Origin: Curvularia clavata
Taxonomy: Eukaryota
DNA: 64,000 nt
NCBI GenBank assembly: GCA_023920165.1
Contig: CP089278.1
Span: forward strand, 1,798,001-1,862,000
Reading direction: 5' to 3'
The notes beneath the pieces were generated by a model that was not told where the DNA came from, did no database searches, and saw only the letters and a program-made list of their open reading frames with translations. This document shows, one piece after another, positions 40,466-51,410 of this stretch. Each line of letters opens with the position of its first letter. Within the stretch, counting starts at the first letter, position 1. A program made the translations under genes and the position numbers.

Positions 40466-41586
40466 ATGAGCGACACGATGCGTGCAGTAGGTCCGTACAT
40501 ACTTTGGTGTATAGCAAAGCACGGCTTTACTAAGTTTCTGTAGACATTAAGAACGGAAAAGGTCCGCTCGAGAACCTGCACATTGCAGAAGTACCCAAAC
40601 CAAAGCTCGGGAAGTCGCAAGCGCTCGTCAAAATCAAGGCTTTTGGTTTGAACCGCATGGATCTACTTCAACGTGAAGGGCAATACCCCGTACCGCCTGG
40701 TGCTTCTAAAATTCTGGGTGTCGAATTTTCGGGCACGATTGCTGAGTTGAGTGAAGAAGGCGGTGGCAAAGAAGGTTTTAAAGAGGGAGATGAAGTGTTT
40801 GGTCTGGCATATGGAGGCGCTTATGCAGAATACATTGCAGTTTCAACACACATGCTAGTCAGGAAGCCAAAGGAGCTGACTTGGGAGCAATGTGCTGGTG
40901 TTCCAGAGGTAAGAGAATGTTGCTTAAATGAAGGCAAACAGCTGATGAACCATCCGTAGACATGGATAACAGCGACTCAAGCCATGTACCTGATCGGCCA
41001 GTTCAGCGCTGGAAAGACTATTCTCTGGCACGCAGCCGCATCCTCCGTTTCAATCGCCGGTATCCAGCTCTCGCACGCCGACAACGCTTCCGCCGTTTAC
41101 GCCACCGCCCGCCAGGACTCCAAATGCGATTTTGCTGTGAAGGAGCTGGGTGCGACCGCCGCATTCAATACAACTTCTCAAAATTGGGTTGAAGAGGTGA
41201 TGAAGGCAACCGACAACAAGGGTGTAGACATCATTGTCGATTTCATCGGTGCATCTTACTTTCAGCAGAACCTCGAAGCTGTGGCTAAGGATGGTATCAT
41301 TGTGAACCTAGGCTTTATGGGCGGCACGAAACTGCCAGAGGGCACTGACATTAGCGCGTTCATCAGGAAGAGGTGCAGCTATGTCGGCAGTAGTCTGAGG
41401 AGTCGCGACGAGACGTATCAGGGCAAGCTGAGAGATCAGCTCGTGGAGCATGCACTGCCCAAGATGAAGGATGGTAGTTTCAAGCTTTTTGTAGAGAAGG
41501 TTCTGCCATGGGAGCATATTCAGGATGCACAAAGGCTGTTAGAAGAGAACAAAACGAAGGGCAAGGTTATCTGCACAATCGATTGA
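40466..41586 (+). CDS. NAD(P)H quinone oxidoreductase, PIG3/zeta-crystallin (MDR) family
   Basis: MSDTMRAV, KAFGLNRMDLLQREGQYPVPPGAS..LGVEFSG, C-terminal NKTKGKVI; two introns. Confidence 0.92.
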
Positions 41587-41774
41587 GGTAATGACATAGC
41601 GGACTTCCATAGCCTCGTCAAAGCGAAATGAAATGCCCTGGTTTATAACTCAGATTCCATGTCTACTGTTCACTAGAACCTAGTTGAAGGTGACCGCGTT
41701 TCACTACCTCACAACATGTAGATAAACAAAAACTCCAACACTGCTCGTACAGATCACAGGACAGTTCTAGCAGC

Positions 41775-41781
41775 AAAAAAA
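41775..41781 (-). terminator. RNA polymerase III terminator (T7) after the tRNA pair
   Basis: Seven consecutive T on the minus strand, 3 nt after the 3' end of tRNA-Ser(AGA). Confidence 0.8.
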
Positions 41782-41784
41782 GGT

Positions 41785-41865
41785 CGACGTTGGCCAGATT
41801 CGAACTGACGCTCCCGAAGGAACAAGATTTCTAGTCTTGCGCGATAACCACTCCGCCACAACGCC
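41785..41865 (-). tRNA. tRNA-Ser(AGA), intronless
   Basis: Acceptor stem GGCGTTG/CAACGTC plus G discriminator, A-box TGGCGGAGTGG, anticodon arm CAAGA-CTAGAAA-TCTTG, long variable arm, T arm GTCAG-TTCGAAT-CTGGC; 81 nt. Confidence 0.96.
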
Positions 41866-41874
41866 TAAAGACCT

Positions 41875-41977
41875 CGACACCTGTGTGATTCGAACACACG
41901 CTCCCGAAGGAACTGGCTAACTTCCCTCCGTACAGAGGACTAGCAGGCCAGCGCGTTAACCACTCCGCCAAAGTGCC
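41875..41977 (-). tRNA. tRNA-Ser(GCT) with a 22-nt intron (41919-41940)
   Basis: Acceptor stem GGCACTT/AGGTGTC plus G, anticodon arm CTGGC-CTGCTA[intron]A-GCCAG with the intron at the canonical 37/38 position, T arm GTGTG-TTCGAAT-CACAC; 81 nt after splicing. Confidence 0.95.
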
Positions 41978-43214
41978 TGCGTGATTGTGCCAATCGATGA
42001 GAAAAACCGAGAGCAAATCGTTTATAACTGTTTCATATTTTCTTCCACTTGTTGCAAGCTCATTGAGATCTCTCCGCTGGCGGGGCAGACGCCACGTTGA
42101 AAGCGCTTCAAGTGGATGCAAGAAAGGTGGGACGGTTGGTGGGGCTCGGAGGTCGGCAAGGGCAGAGTAAGCGCGGGAGCCTCGAGCTTAGTCTGAACAG
42201 TACTTTGTAGTGCTAGAAACTCATCTGCCAAGGTTAGTATGAGAGTGCATTGATTACGGGAGTGAAGTGTTTTGCATACCCTGCTCTCAGTGCTCTGGCG
42301 GGCTCGGGAAGCCATCAGAGGTGTGTGCAGTATTTATGGAGGTCATAGCTGGGTTGATTGAACGGTTGAGAAGTGCAATGGTGGGAGCAGATAAGTTGGT
42401 GCAGCGCGCATGCGAGAGTAGAGTGAGTGCTAAGATCACTTTGAGGTGATGGTGTAGTGAGTGTAATGATATGTCAGTGGACAAGTGCAAAGCACGAGGG
42501 TCTTTACATAACACATCGGTATGTAAAGCAAACAGAACGCCGAACAGTGCAAGAGAGAGTTAGGCACCGGGAAACAACCAAGGACCAACACCAAGTCTCC
42601 AGCTTCTAGTAGAGCACTATAGTTGCAGGCTTGGTAAGCTGACTTTCACATGCCATCGGGCCTGAAGCGATGCCAGGCTAGTTTGAGGCCCTCCGCAGAG
42701 CCTCAATACCTACATAGCTAGACAAGGCCTAGCAGGAGGAGAAATAGCCTGTACGTTTTCCTCTGTGCATATGCAGAACGTATCATCCCCGTTGAGCCGG
42801 ATGGTGGCTTGTAGTGACGTCAAAGCAAGCGGGGGAGCATCCCCAACAGTAGGAGTTTCTCGAACAAAGAAAGCCTGCATAGCACTAGTAGTACCCTTCG
42901 CTCACGTGGATGGTGTCCATATCCACAAGATGGGTTGCGGGTGTCGGTGACGATCTGCCTCGGCACGCCAAATAGCCAGCCGAGCCCTGGACCGACGTAG
43001 GCCCAGCTGCCGGAGCAGAGGAACTGCTCACATGCTGAATCTAAATTCGCTCTCCTCCTCACTGCACACATTCTTTGCTCTCAAATCGCTGCGAGAGGCA
43101 TCGCACAGCCTATAGATTGCTTGAACCAGCCTTTTTTGCGTCTGCAGACCACCCTCATCGCGCGCAATTGTCACTTGAACCACTTGACGCGCCCCCACCA
43201 AACCTTCCACCACC

Positions 43215-44268
43215 ATGTCAAGCACTGCAGACGCCGCCCTCGAGAAGCTGCCCTCCGCAGCAGAGCTCAAAGAAGATGCAAAAGCCGCGACCAAGTCCTC
43301 AGTCCAGTCGCTGCGAGCACTGGTAGCTGGAGGTGTGGGTGGAGTTTGCGCCGTCATTGTCGGACATCCGTTCGACCTGGTCAAGGTGCGCATGCAGACA
43401 GCAGAGAAGGGCGTGTACAGCGGAGCCATGGACGTTGTAAAGAAAACTATCGCAAAGGAGGGGCTGGCTAGGGGACTCTACGCAGGTGTCTCTGCGCCTC
43501 TTGTCGGTGTGACACCCATGTGTAAGTTCTGAGTTGACAAGTTGATGATCGAATATGGGTTCAGAACAACAGTGCTGATATTTAACAGTTGCCGTCTCGT
43601 TCTGGGGCTACGATCTCGGCAAGCAACTTGTGTCCAGCGTCTCCAAGGTCGAAAACAACCAGTACAGCGTGGCCCAGGTCTCTGCCGCGGGCTTTTTCAG
43701 TGCAATTCCCATGACGATCATCACCGCCCCCTTCGAGCGTGTTAAGGTGCTCTTACAGATCCAGGGCCAGAAACAACTAGCACCTGGTGAGAAGCCCAAA
43801 TACTCGGGCGGTCTCGACGTTGTCAGACAGTTGTACAAGGAGGGCGGTATCCGCTCAGTGTACCGTGGTTCTGCCATGACACTGGCGCGTGACGGACCAG
43901 GCTCTGCGCTCTATTTTGCGACATACGAAACATTCAAGCGTAACCTCACACCAAAGGACCCAGTGACTGGACAGCCTGGTTCTCTGAGCATGGGCGCCGT
44001 CATGGTCGCCGGTGGTGCTGCGGGTGTGGCCATGTGGATACCGGTGTTCCCAGTCGACACCGTCAAGTCTCGCCTGCAGAGTGCAGAAGGCCGACCAACA
44101 ATTGGTGGAACCATTAGGGGAATATACGCAAGCGGCGGCCTCAAGGCATTCTTCCCTGGTATCGGTCCTGCCATGGCACGAGCAGTACCTGCGAACGCTG
44201 CCACTTTTGCTGGCGTAGAACTTGCTCAGAAAGCAATGGCTAAAATGTTCGACCGAGAGGTCGAGTAA
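43215..44268 (+). CDS. CRC1: Mitochondrial carnitine/acylcarnitine carrier (Crc1/AcuH)
   Basis: Three carrier signatures (PFDLVKVR, PFERVKVL, PVDTVKSR) plus GVSAPLVGVTPMFAVSFWGY and RAVPANAATF; one intron near 43522-43588. Confidence 0.93.
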
Positions 44269-46361
44269 GAGCTCCTCACTTTTATACGAATTGCCTACGG
44301 CCGATGGTTTTTATTCCTGATCATGCTCATTTTATGTTGGTTCCAACAAGTTGGTGGCATTGCGATGGCGTTCTTAGGTTCGCCGCAGCATGGAAATATA
44401 GAGCAAGAATTTTTCTAGATAGGTTCATCCCTCTGTATGTGTCCAATAGATACTGTTTTTGTTCGCCATCATTTTTGTTGGTTCTGTAATCCCACGTGGT
44501 GGGCCCGGCAAATGTACGGGCATTAGCAAGGGAGGTAAACAGAGCGCAGACGCAAGAGTGGTCTAATGCAGATGATTGCATATCGATATTGCAGGCTTCC
44601 CATGGCTGCTTTCACGCGACCCTAGATTGATCTGCAGATTTTGAAGCGTACCTCCTTTGGTCTGGTAACTGTCTGCCCATGATTCCAAATCGCCAAGTAC
44701 CAGCGTATCTCGACTTTGGCTTTGTTCTACGCTAGTGCCTAACTCCCTTTTCCTGTATCCCTTTTGTACTGACGTACCACAAGAGCCACAAATCATGCAG
44801 CAATTGAAAGGAATCTCCCAGATAATTTCCAGCAGATAAAAAAGACCTCGACCGATGTGTTACACGATTATAAACACAAATACCGTATAGCATTAAATTA
44901 CAGCGAGAGCCTTCCCAAGAGTATAACTTCTACGATTCCTCAATAATTTGAGCACTTTCATTTAGCTCTTGGGATGATGTATCAAAAATATCTTGCAAAC
45001 ACTCTAGTGTTGGTTTGTAGTCCAGCCCCGTCGCCACGCACAGTCGACTCCTTCTTGACCACACACGGTTTCATTTACCTCGAAATGGGTGATACTACGA
45101 CTAAGTAGCTAGTACATGGAGACCATATCTTCTGCAACATATCATCCGACTATGATTGGGAAGACAATCAGAGAAACAGGTTGCAAACATTGACTGTCGG
45201 CGGCGCGATCGATTTAAGAAGACTTCTTTAGCATACTGCAGATTAAAACGAATGTGAGCAACAAATATGGAGCAAGAAAGCGAATAATATTGCTATGTTG
45301 CCAAGGTTGACTACGGCTCCAGCGTGTGGCCCAGAGCTGCGTATTGAACATAATCAAGAGGATAAAATTTACGCGGTGAGTTCTTCTGGAAACGAGAGAA
45401 GAAGCCTAGACAGAGCTATACCAGTATCCCTGCGGCGGTTGAAAAAAGATCGTGTACGCCTGGTGTAAATCCGTTCTAATGTCAACAGTTCAAGACAGTC
45501 GATCAAGAGTAACCGTTCCGACCCTGTGTTCTCAACCGAAAACAGGGGAAACAATCATCTACCTTGTTTTCTGAATGATGACGGAGATACCCTCGCTCTT
45601 CTGCCACTGTCCTCAATCTTCCAAGGTTGGTATATAAGAAACAAGGGCGAGAGTGTAGTTGCGGACTTGTTCCTAGATGGTCACGCCACAACCATGCACG
45701 CGCTCGAACCACGAGACGTTTCACTAATAGAGTCCCAGGATTTCCGGGAATGTGCATATTTACAATCGGCTACTACTTCAGAGTTACCAAGTCATCTTCT
45801 TGCTCAGAAAGTCATCGCGCAACGATGTCATCGGTGATGTCGATCAATAGCCAAGGAGGATCCTGCACTTAGAAGCCGGATTGAGAGTGACGAAACAGCT
45901 CAAACACTTACGAATGGCCATGGTGGGTCTGAAAGCAATGGTGCAGAAGCAAGGGTTTGGGTAGGTTCACAGCGAGAAGGCTACAGCAAATGCAGTCAAG
46001 GGGAGAGTTGATGTGTTGAAGCAACGTGAGGTGAGGAAGGAAAAGTATTCCGCAAGATGTAGGCAATGTTGAATAATGGCTAGTGTATCATCAACCAGTC
46101 CTTCATTGTGCAGGGAGTAGGCCTTCACAGGGTACACTCATCTGAACGTGGATACGACGAGTGATTGGTGAAGCAGGAGCACCGGAGGAGGGGAGGGTTT
46201 GCTAGCCCCCATGTGTGCTAACCGGAAACGCCAAAAAGTCTCGCGACGCGTCGCCCACCAATGCTGATCTGATCGCGAAGTCACCATATCGAGATATGCC
46301 AGCGTCACCCATGGCCACTTCTAGTCCTGGATATGCCATTCTCAACGACTTGAGGCGAAGC

Positions 46362-49300
46362 ATGGGAACTTCTTCCTCGCAGCCCATGCCCACTCCAAGC
46401 CGCGACGCCAATGTCTCTACCATGGCCTCTTCCAGCCTGGAATCTAGGCCGCACCTTAGTGAGTATACCAACCCGATACCCAAGGGAGTACTCCCTGCCC
46501 ATCTTGATGTACCTTTTTGTGAACGCGCGCCTGACACATGCAATCTATAGGCCCCAATATGGATGACGTAGCTGCGTCCCAGCAGCTCATGGACGAGGGC
46601 GCGCGCGCCAACCCCACGCCTAGTTCCCGAAAGCTATCGCAACTCGTCGGCGCACACGACAGGCCAGCATCTGCACGAAAAAAGCGCAACAGGAACAAAG
46701 TGAAGGCGACACAGAAGAGTCCCGAGACCTCTACCGTTCTTGACGAAGCTCCGACGTCCCCGTTTCCCTTCCCGGCAACTCAACCAGAGGCCGAAGAAAT
46801 CACTCGAACACCGTCTGGGGAGCTTCGCGTGCTGCCAGCTCTATCTGGGTCGTCGCATGCGGTTCAAGTGCCAGACTCCCAAATCGCCGCTATCCACATG
46901 AGCACACCTGTTCCACCGCCGAGGTCCAGTTACGTTGTACCCTCCAGTGCAACCAAAAGCAAGAAGACATATAAGAAAAGCAGGCAGGCGAAGCGAGATC
47001 AAATCATTCAAGATGTTCTTATGCGTCAGACTGTGGATGAACTTGCAGATGGGAATATAGGCACACAAGATCCGCCTTCGCCTTCGCATGCAACTGCTCC
47101 GCACAAACGCCAACGAGTTGGAGATACGGATACAGGGTTCCAAGACGCTGTGGTGGATGTAGCACCTGTAGCACCAAAGAGACGGAAGACTGGTACACCA
47201 ATGTCGGCAAATACAGTGCAAGATCTTATTCATACGAGTTCAAACGATGACGAGCGTCTGCAGCCAGGCAGCAAAACGAAATTGAAGCGAATAAAGAAGC
47301 CGCATACACCTATTGCCGCTTCTAAGAACATCTACGACATTCCGGATGATGAACCAGGTCCAGCAAACGGGATGAGTGAAGGTCTTCACTCATCCGCAGT
47401 TGACGGTTTCATGCGCTCTGGAAGTGAAGGAGAAAGTGATGATCTGCAAGAGACTCCATCTCTAAAAAAGAGTAGCGCAGAGAAGAAGAAGAAAAGGAGG
47501 AAGAGTGGTGGCGATGTCTATCACCGGCATACTTCGGTGCGCAGACCTGGCCAACCGTTGGGTGAAACATCCAAGAACGAACAGTATAATGGCGAATTGA
47601 TCGACGACCCCATATCCGGTGATGACGGAGATTTACCACATCCCCCTCCCCAAGATACTCCTGCTGGTGGCCGCAGTGAAAAGAAGGAACGCAAGGAAAA
47701 GAGCCAAGGGAAAAAGAAAAACAAGACACCACATGAAGAAGCACGTTCAGAGGAAGGGGGCATCAAACGATATCGCAGAAGCATTGGCGGCGGCACTGGG
47801 ATATCGTCGGCCGAACGGGCACTCAATACTGTCCGCGACCTTAGCCACCCTCCGGATCTTCGAGAAAACGGCGTTTACACTGATGATGAAGAGGAGTTGA
47901 TTCGTAGAGCCATCAAGGATTACCAACAACGAAAGGGGCTGGAAGTATCAGAACTTGTTGAAATCATCCAGTGGAACCAATTTGACCCACGGTTCCACCG
48001 CGAACCTGGCGTCAACAGGAACAAGAGTGAATGGGCACCTCAAGACCGCGAGGATATGGAGGAGAGCACAGAATTCTGGGACGAAATCAAGAGCATCGGA
48101 TTAAGGAGATCACATGAACGAGTGAGGATACATGTCCGCCAGCTGTATCATCAGTTCAAGAGTGGTGCATGGACAGAGGAGGATGACGAGCAGTTGCGAA
48201 ATCTCCAGGCAGCATATCCGAACCAATGGAAGCTGATCTCGATCAGCATGGGGAATCGTTCGATGTACGACTGTGTGAACCGATGGCGCGACTACTTACA
48301 ATATGGAAATGACCGCAAGACTTCTCGCTGGACCAAAGATGAAGAAGACCTCCTCATTCGTGCAGTGATGACGGTTGCGCAGAGGGATGAAGACGACCGC
48401 GCCAAGACAGGAAGACCATCACTGGATGTATACACCAACAAAGACATCAGTTGGCCCCAGGTTGCTCGTGAAATGGGTAATACTCGCAGCCGCATTCAGG
48501 CCTCGACTAAATGGACCCAAATGATGAGGCGTAGCGATCCACCTCAGCTTGAGATAGAGTATAAGCCCAGAACGCTAGCCGCAGCGCAGGCCGACATATC
48601 TACTCCGAAGGAACACAAACGGCGTCAAAAGAAGGATGCATCGAACAAAAATGGTGACCAAGCGCTACGCAGAAGGCGCAAGTCACAGAAACATGCAGAA
48701 GGTTCAGACAGAGAAGAGGAAACCGAAGAGCTTGAAGAACAAGTCCAGGATGGACCTGAACCGGCGACAGGTTCTGCAGCAAGGAAGAAGCATCGTCAGC
48801 CAAAGCATTCGGATGACGAACCCCAGGACCAGGCAAGTGCAAACAATGGATCAACCAATTCATCGCCACCAAAAACGAAACGTGGAAGACGACGAAAGAG
48901 CGAAGTCACGGAATCTGATAAACCTCAGAAACGTCGTAAACCGGGCGCAGCAAGAGACGAATCAAAAGGCAGAGAAGCAGATGAGGAGCAGCAAGAGCAT
49001 GAAACTAGCGACTCACATGTTCAAAATAAGACTAATATACAGGGCAAGGAACGGGCTAAGGACAGTGAGAATGAAGAAGTTAGCGAGCCTGAGGAGTATC
49101 AGACATCGAGAGACGACGTGGAGGAGGGTCCTGAAAAGCACAAAGATGAAGTTCCGTCGGATGAGGCTGGAGAAGGCCAGGAACAGGGAGGAGAGAAAGA
49201 GCAGGGTGATGAAGCAATAGATGAAGATGCACTGAGCGGTGACGGCCAGGAGGATGAAACACAGGACGAAGAGGCCCGGATGGACGAAGCTCAAGAGAAT

Positions 49301-49768
49301 GAAGTCGAGGAGGAAGCCCAGGAGAAAGTTCAGAATGAAACATCAGAAAGCAGTGACACTACACAAGATAGTAGACACGACGCAGCTGAAGTGGAAGTCC
49401 AGTCGGAGGTCGGGTCGGAGATTGGGTCAGCGACTCCATTGCCCAAGGAGCATAATGTACCTGAGGGCTCAGCCGAGCCAAGTGTCGATCAGATGCTGTG
49501 GGGCGACAAGTACGATCTCATCTTCAAGCTTCTGGATCGCAGAGATGATTACAAAGAGGACATTGATTGGGAAGATGTCCGAAAGGACCAAGCATACCCC
49601 TGGTCTGAGGAGACACTCAAGGCAGCACTGGGGCAGTTGATTCAACTTGTCCGCGACACTGGCAGGGAAGTGGATGCGGACGACTTTCCAGGCACCATTG
49701 ACGATGTGATGGACCTGATCACTAAAGAACATGCAGCAGAACTTGAGGAGCACTATAGTCCGTCGTAG
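46362..49768 (+). CDS. Myb/SANT-domain DNA-binding protein, Reb1/Nsi1-like
   Basis: Exon 46362-46458, phase-compatible intron 46459-46550, then a long exon. Myb repeats WTEEDDEQL..QWKLIS..DCVNRWR and WTKDEEDLL..ISWPQVA; acidic and basic disordered flanks. Confidence 0.85.
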
Positions 49769-51410
49769 AGTGGTGTTTTTTTCTTGGCGTATTAGTGTAG
49801 CAATTTCCGGTATGGTCACTGTTATCCTGAGCTGGTCATTGGGTGGCACGGGATGCAAACGAGGGCCTCATGAAGGGTAGTAGATGACATGGAAGATTAC
49901 ACTGCATGGGATGGCACTTTTCTCGCACATGGGTGAGACCGTATACGAAGCCAATACGCCGCCTCGTGTTTGGACACGGACTCGTCGTACTATGGTCAGC
50001 TTAGCGGGAGCAAAAATAGAATTAAGAATGGAACCCTTTTTCGAAGCGTCGGGAAACGGCGGCTCCACCCACAACACCCTTTCTCACTTGCACATGCACT
50101 ACGGCTGCACGCTGCACAAGCTATTGAAATGTCCGCGACTGCCGCAAGCGTGCTAGAGCAGCACCGAGTCTGGGGGTCGCTGCGAAGCATTTCCTAGAGC
50201 ATGGATACGTGTTTTTAGATGATTGTGAATGCATTGGACAGTGTTGGTAGTATGGCTGCGGAAGTTGTTCCGGGTGATGTCATGGGCTGAGAACAGACGG
50301 CGCAGCGCAATTGTGCAACAAACGAGGCAAAAGGAGAATGGTACTCTGTAGACATGACAAGACCAGACCGACACGGCTTCAAGGCGGGGATGGGATATCG
50401 TCTCAAACCAAAAGTCTTCGCCAGCCTCATGTTGATCAGGGTCGATCCTTGCTAGCAGTCGTACAGTCGTAGCCTTGGCGTATGTCACGCTATCACTCCG
50501 CCCCCCAGCACATCTTCTACCAACCTGCCATGGTCACGCCCCTCCCATGGTGACCAATGCGCCGTCGACTTGGCCGTTGAACGCCCGATTTGGCCGTTGA
50601 TAGCCATTCGCCATCCCATATCGATCCTTGCCTTTACCGGCTCCCTCCATGACGTGCTCTCGTCGTCTGCTGCACGCGCCCCTCAGCAGTGCCGTCGAGA
50701 CGGGCGGCATGCCATGTCCACCAGCTAAACAATTCCGTGCGACTAGACGAGGCAATATCACGGGACGGGACGCTGCGTTTGGTCATTGTCGTACAAGAGC
50801 TTTGGACCTGAGTCGGCTTTAGTGCATTTGTACTGCCACGGCCGCCCCTCTCCCTCTCTCCCCACATCTTGCGGTCCCTCTCCATTTGCCCTGCGTCGCC
50901 CCCTCGTGTGCCATCCTCTAATCGTAATCTCCCATTAGCAGCTTGTCCCGGAGGGGTTGCGTGTCCCCTCTGCCTCGCCCTGCTGCTGCCACTCTCGCTT
51001 ATACTGCACGTTTCGCTCTTCGCCTCGTCTTGTGCACATCGTCATTACGGCTGTTTGACGACATAGCAGCAAATCAGCGGCCGCACATTTTCTCAGCGTC
51101 TCTTTGCCACGCCAATCCAACCACTCATAATCCTCCAACCATCACACCAACTGCTGTTTGCGTCCCGTCACTCGTTTGGGCCTAAATCAAGGTCAAGGGT
51201 GCCATCTTGGTTCCTGGCCTAAAGACGTCATTTTTGTTCAACGTTTATCCGCTCTTTCTTCCCTCACACGACCAAAGACACGCTTTTTTGCGCTACCATC
51301 TAGCTCCATTCGTAAACTCTGGACCGTCCTTGCGTGGATTCCGCTTTTACCATACCGTGTCTCGATAGGGCACTTGGCCTTTTGTTAAGCCTCGCGAACA
51401 ACTGACTGCC

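Noticed and set aside
41584..41650. Stop-codon readthrough to a cryptic peroxisomal PTS1
   Set aside because: Checked the stops of the quinone oxidoreductase, ERG12 and the hydrolase: no TGA-CTA context, and the extensions do not end in an SKL-like tripeptide.
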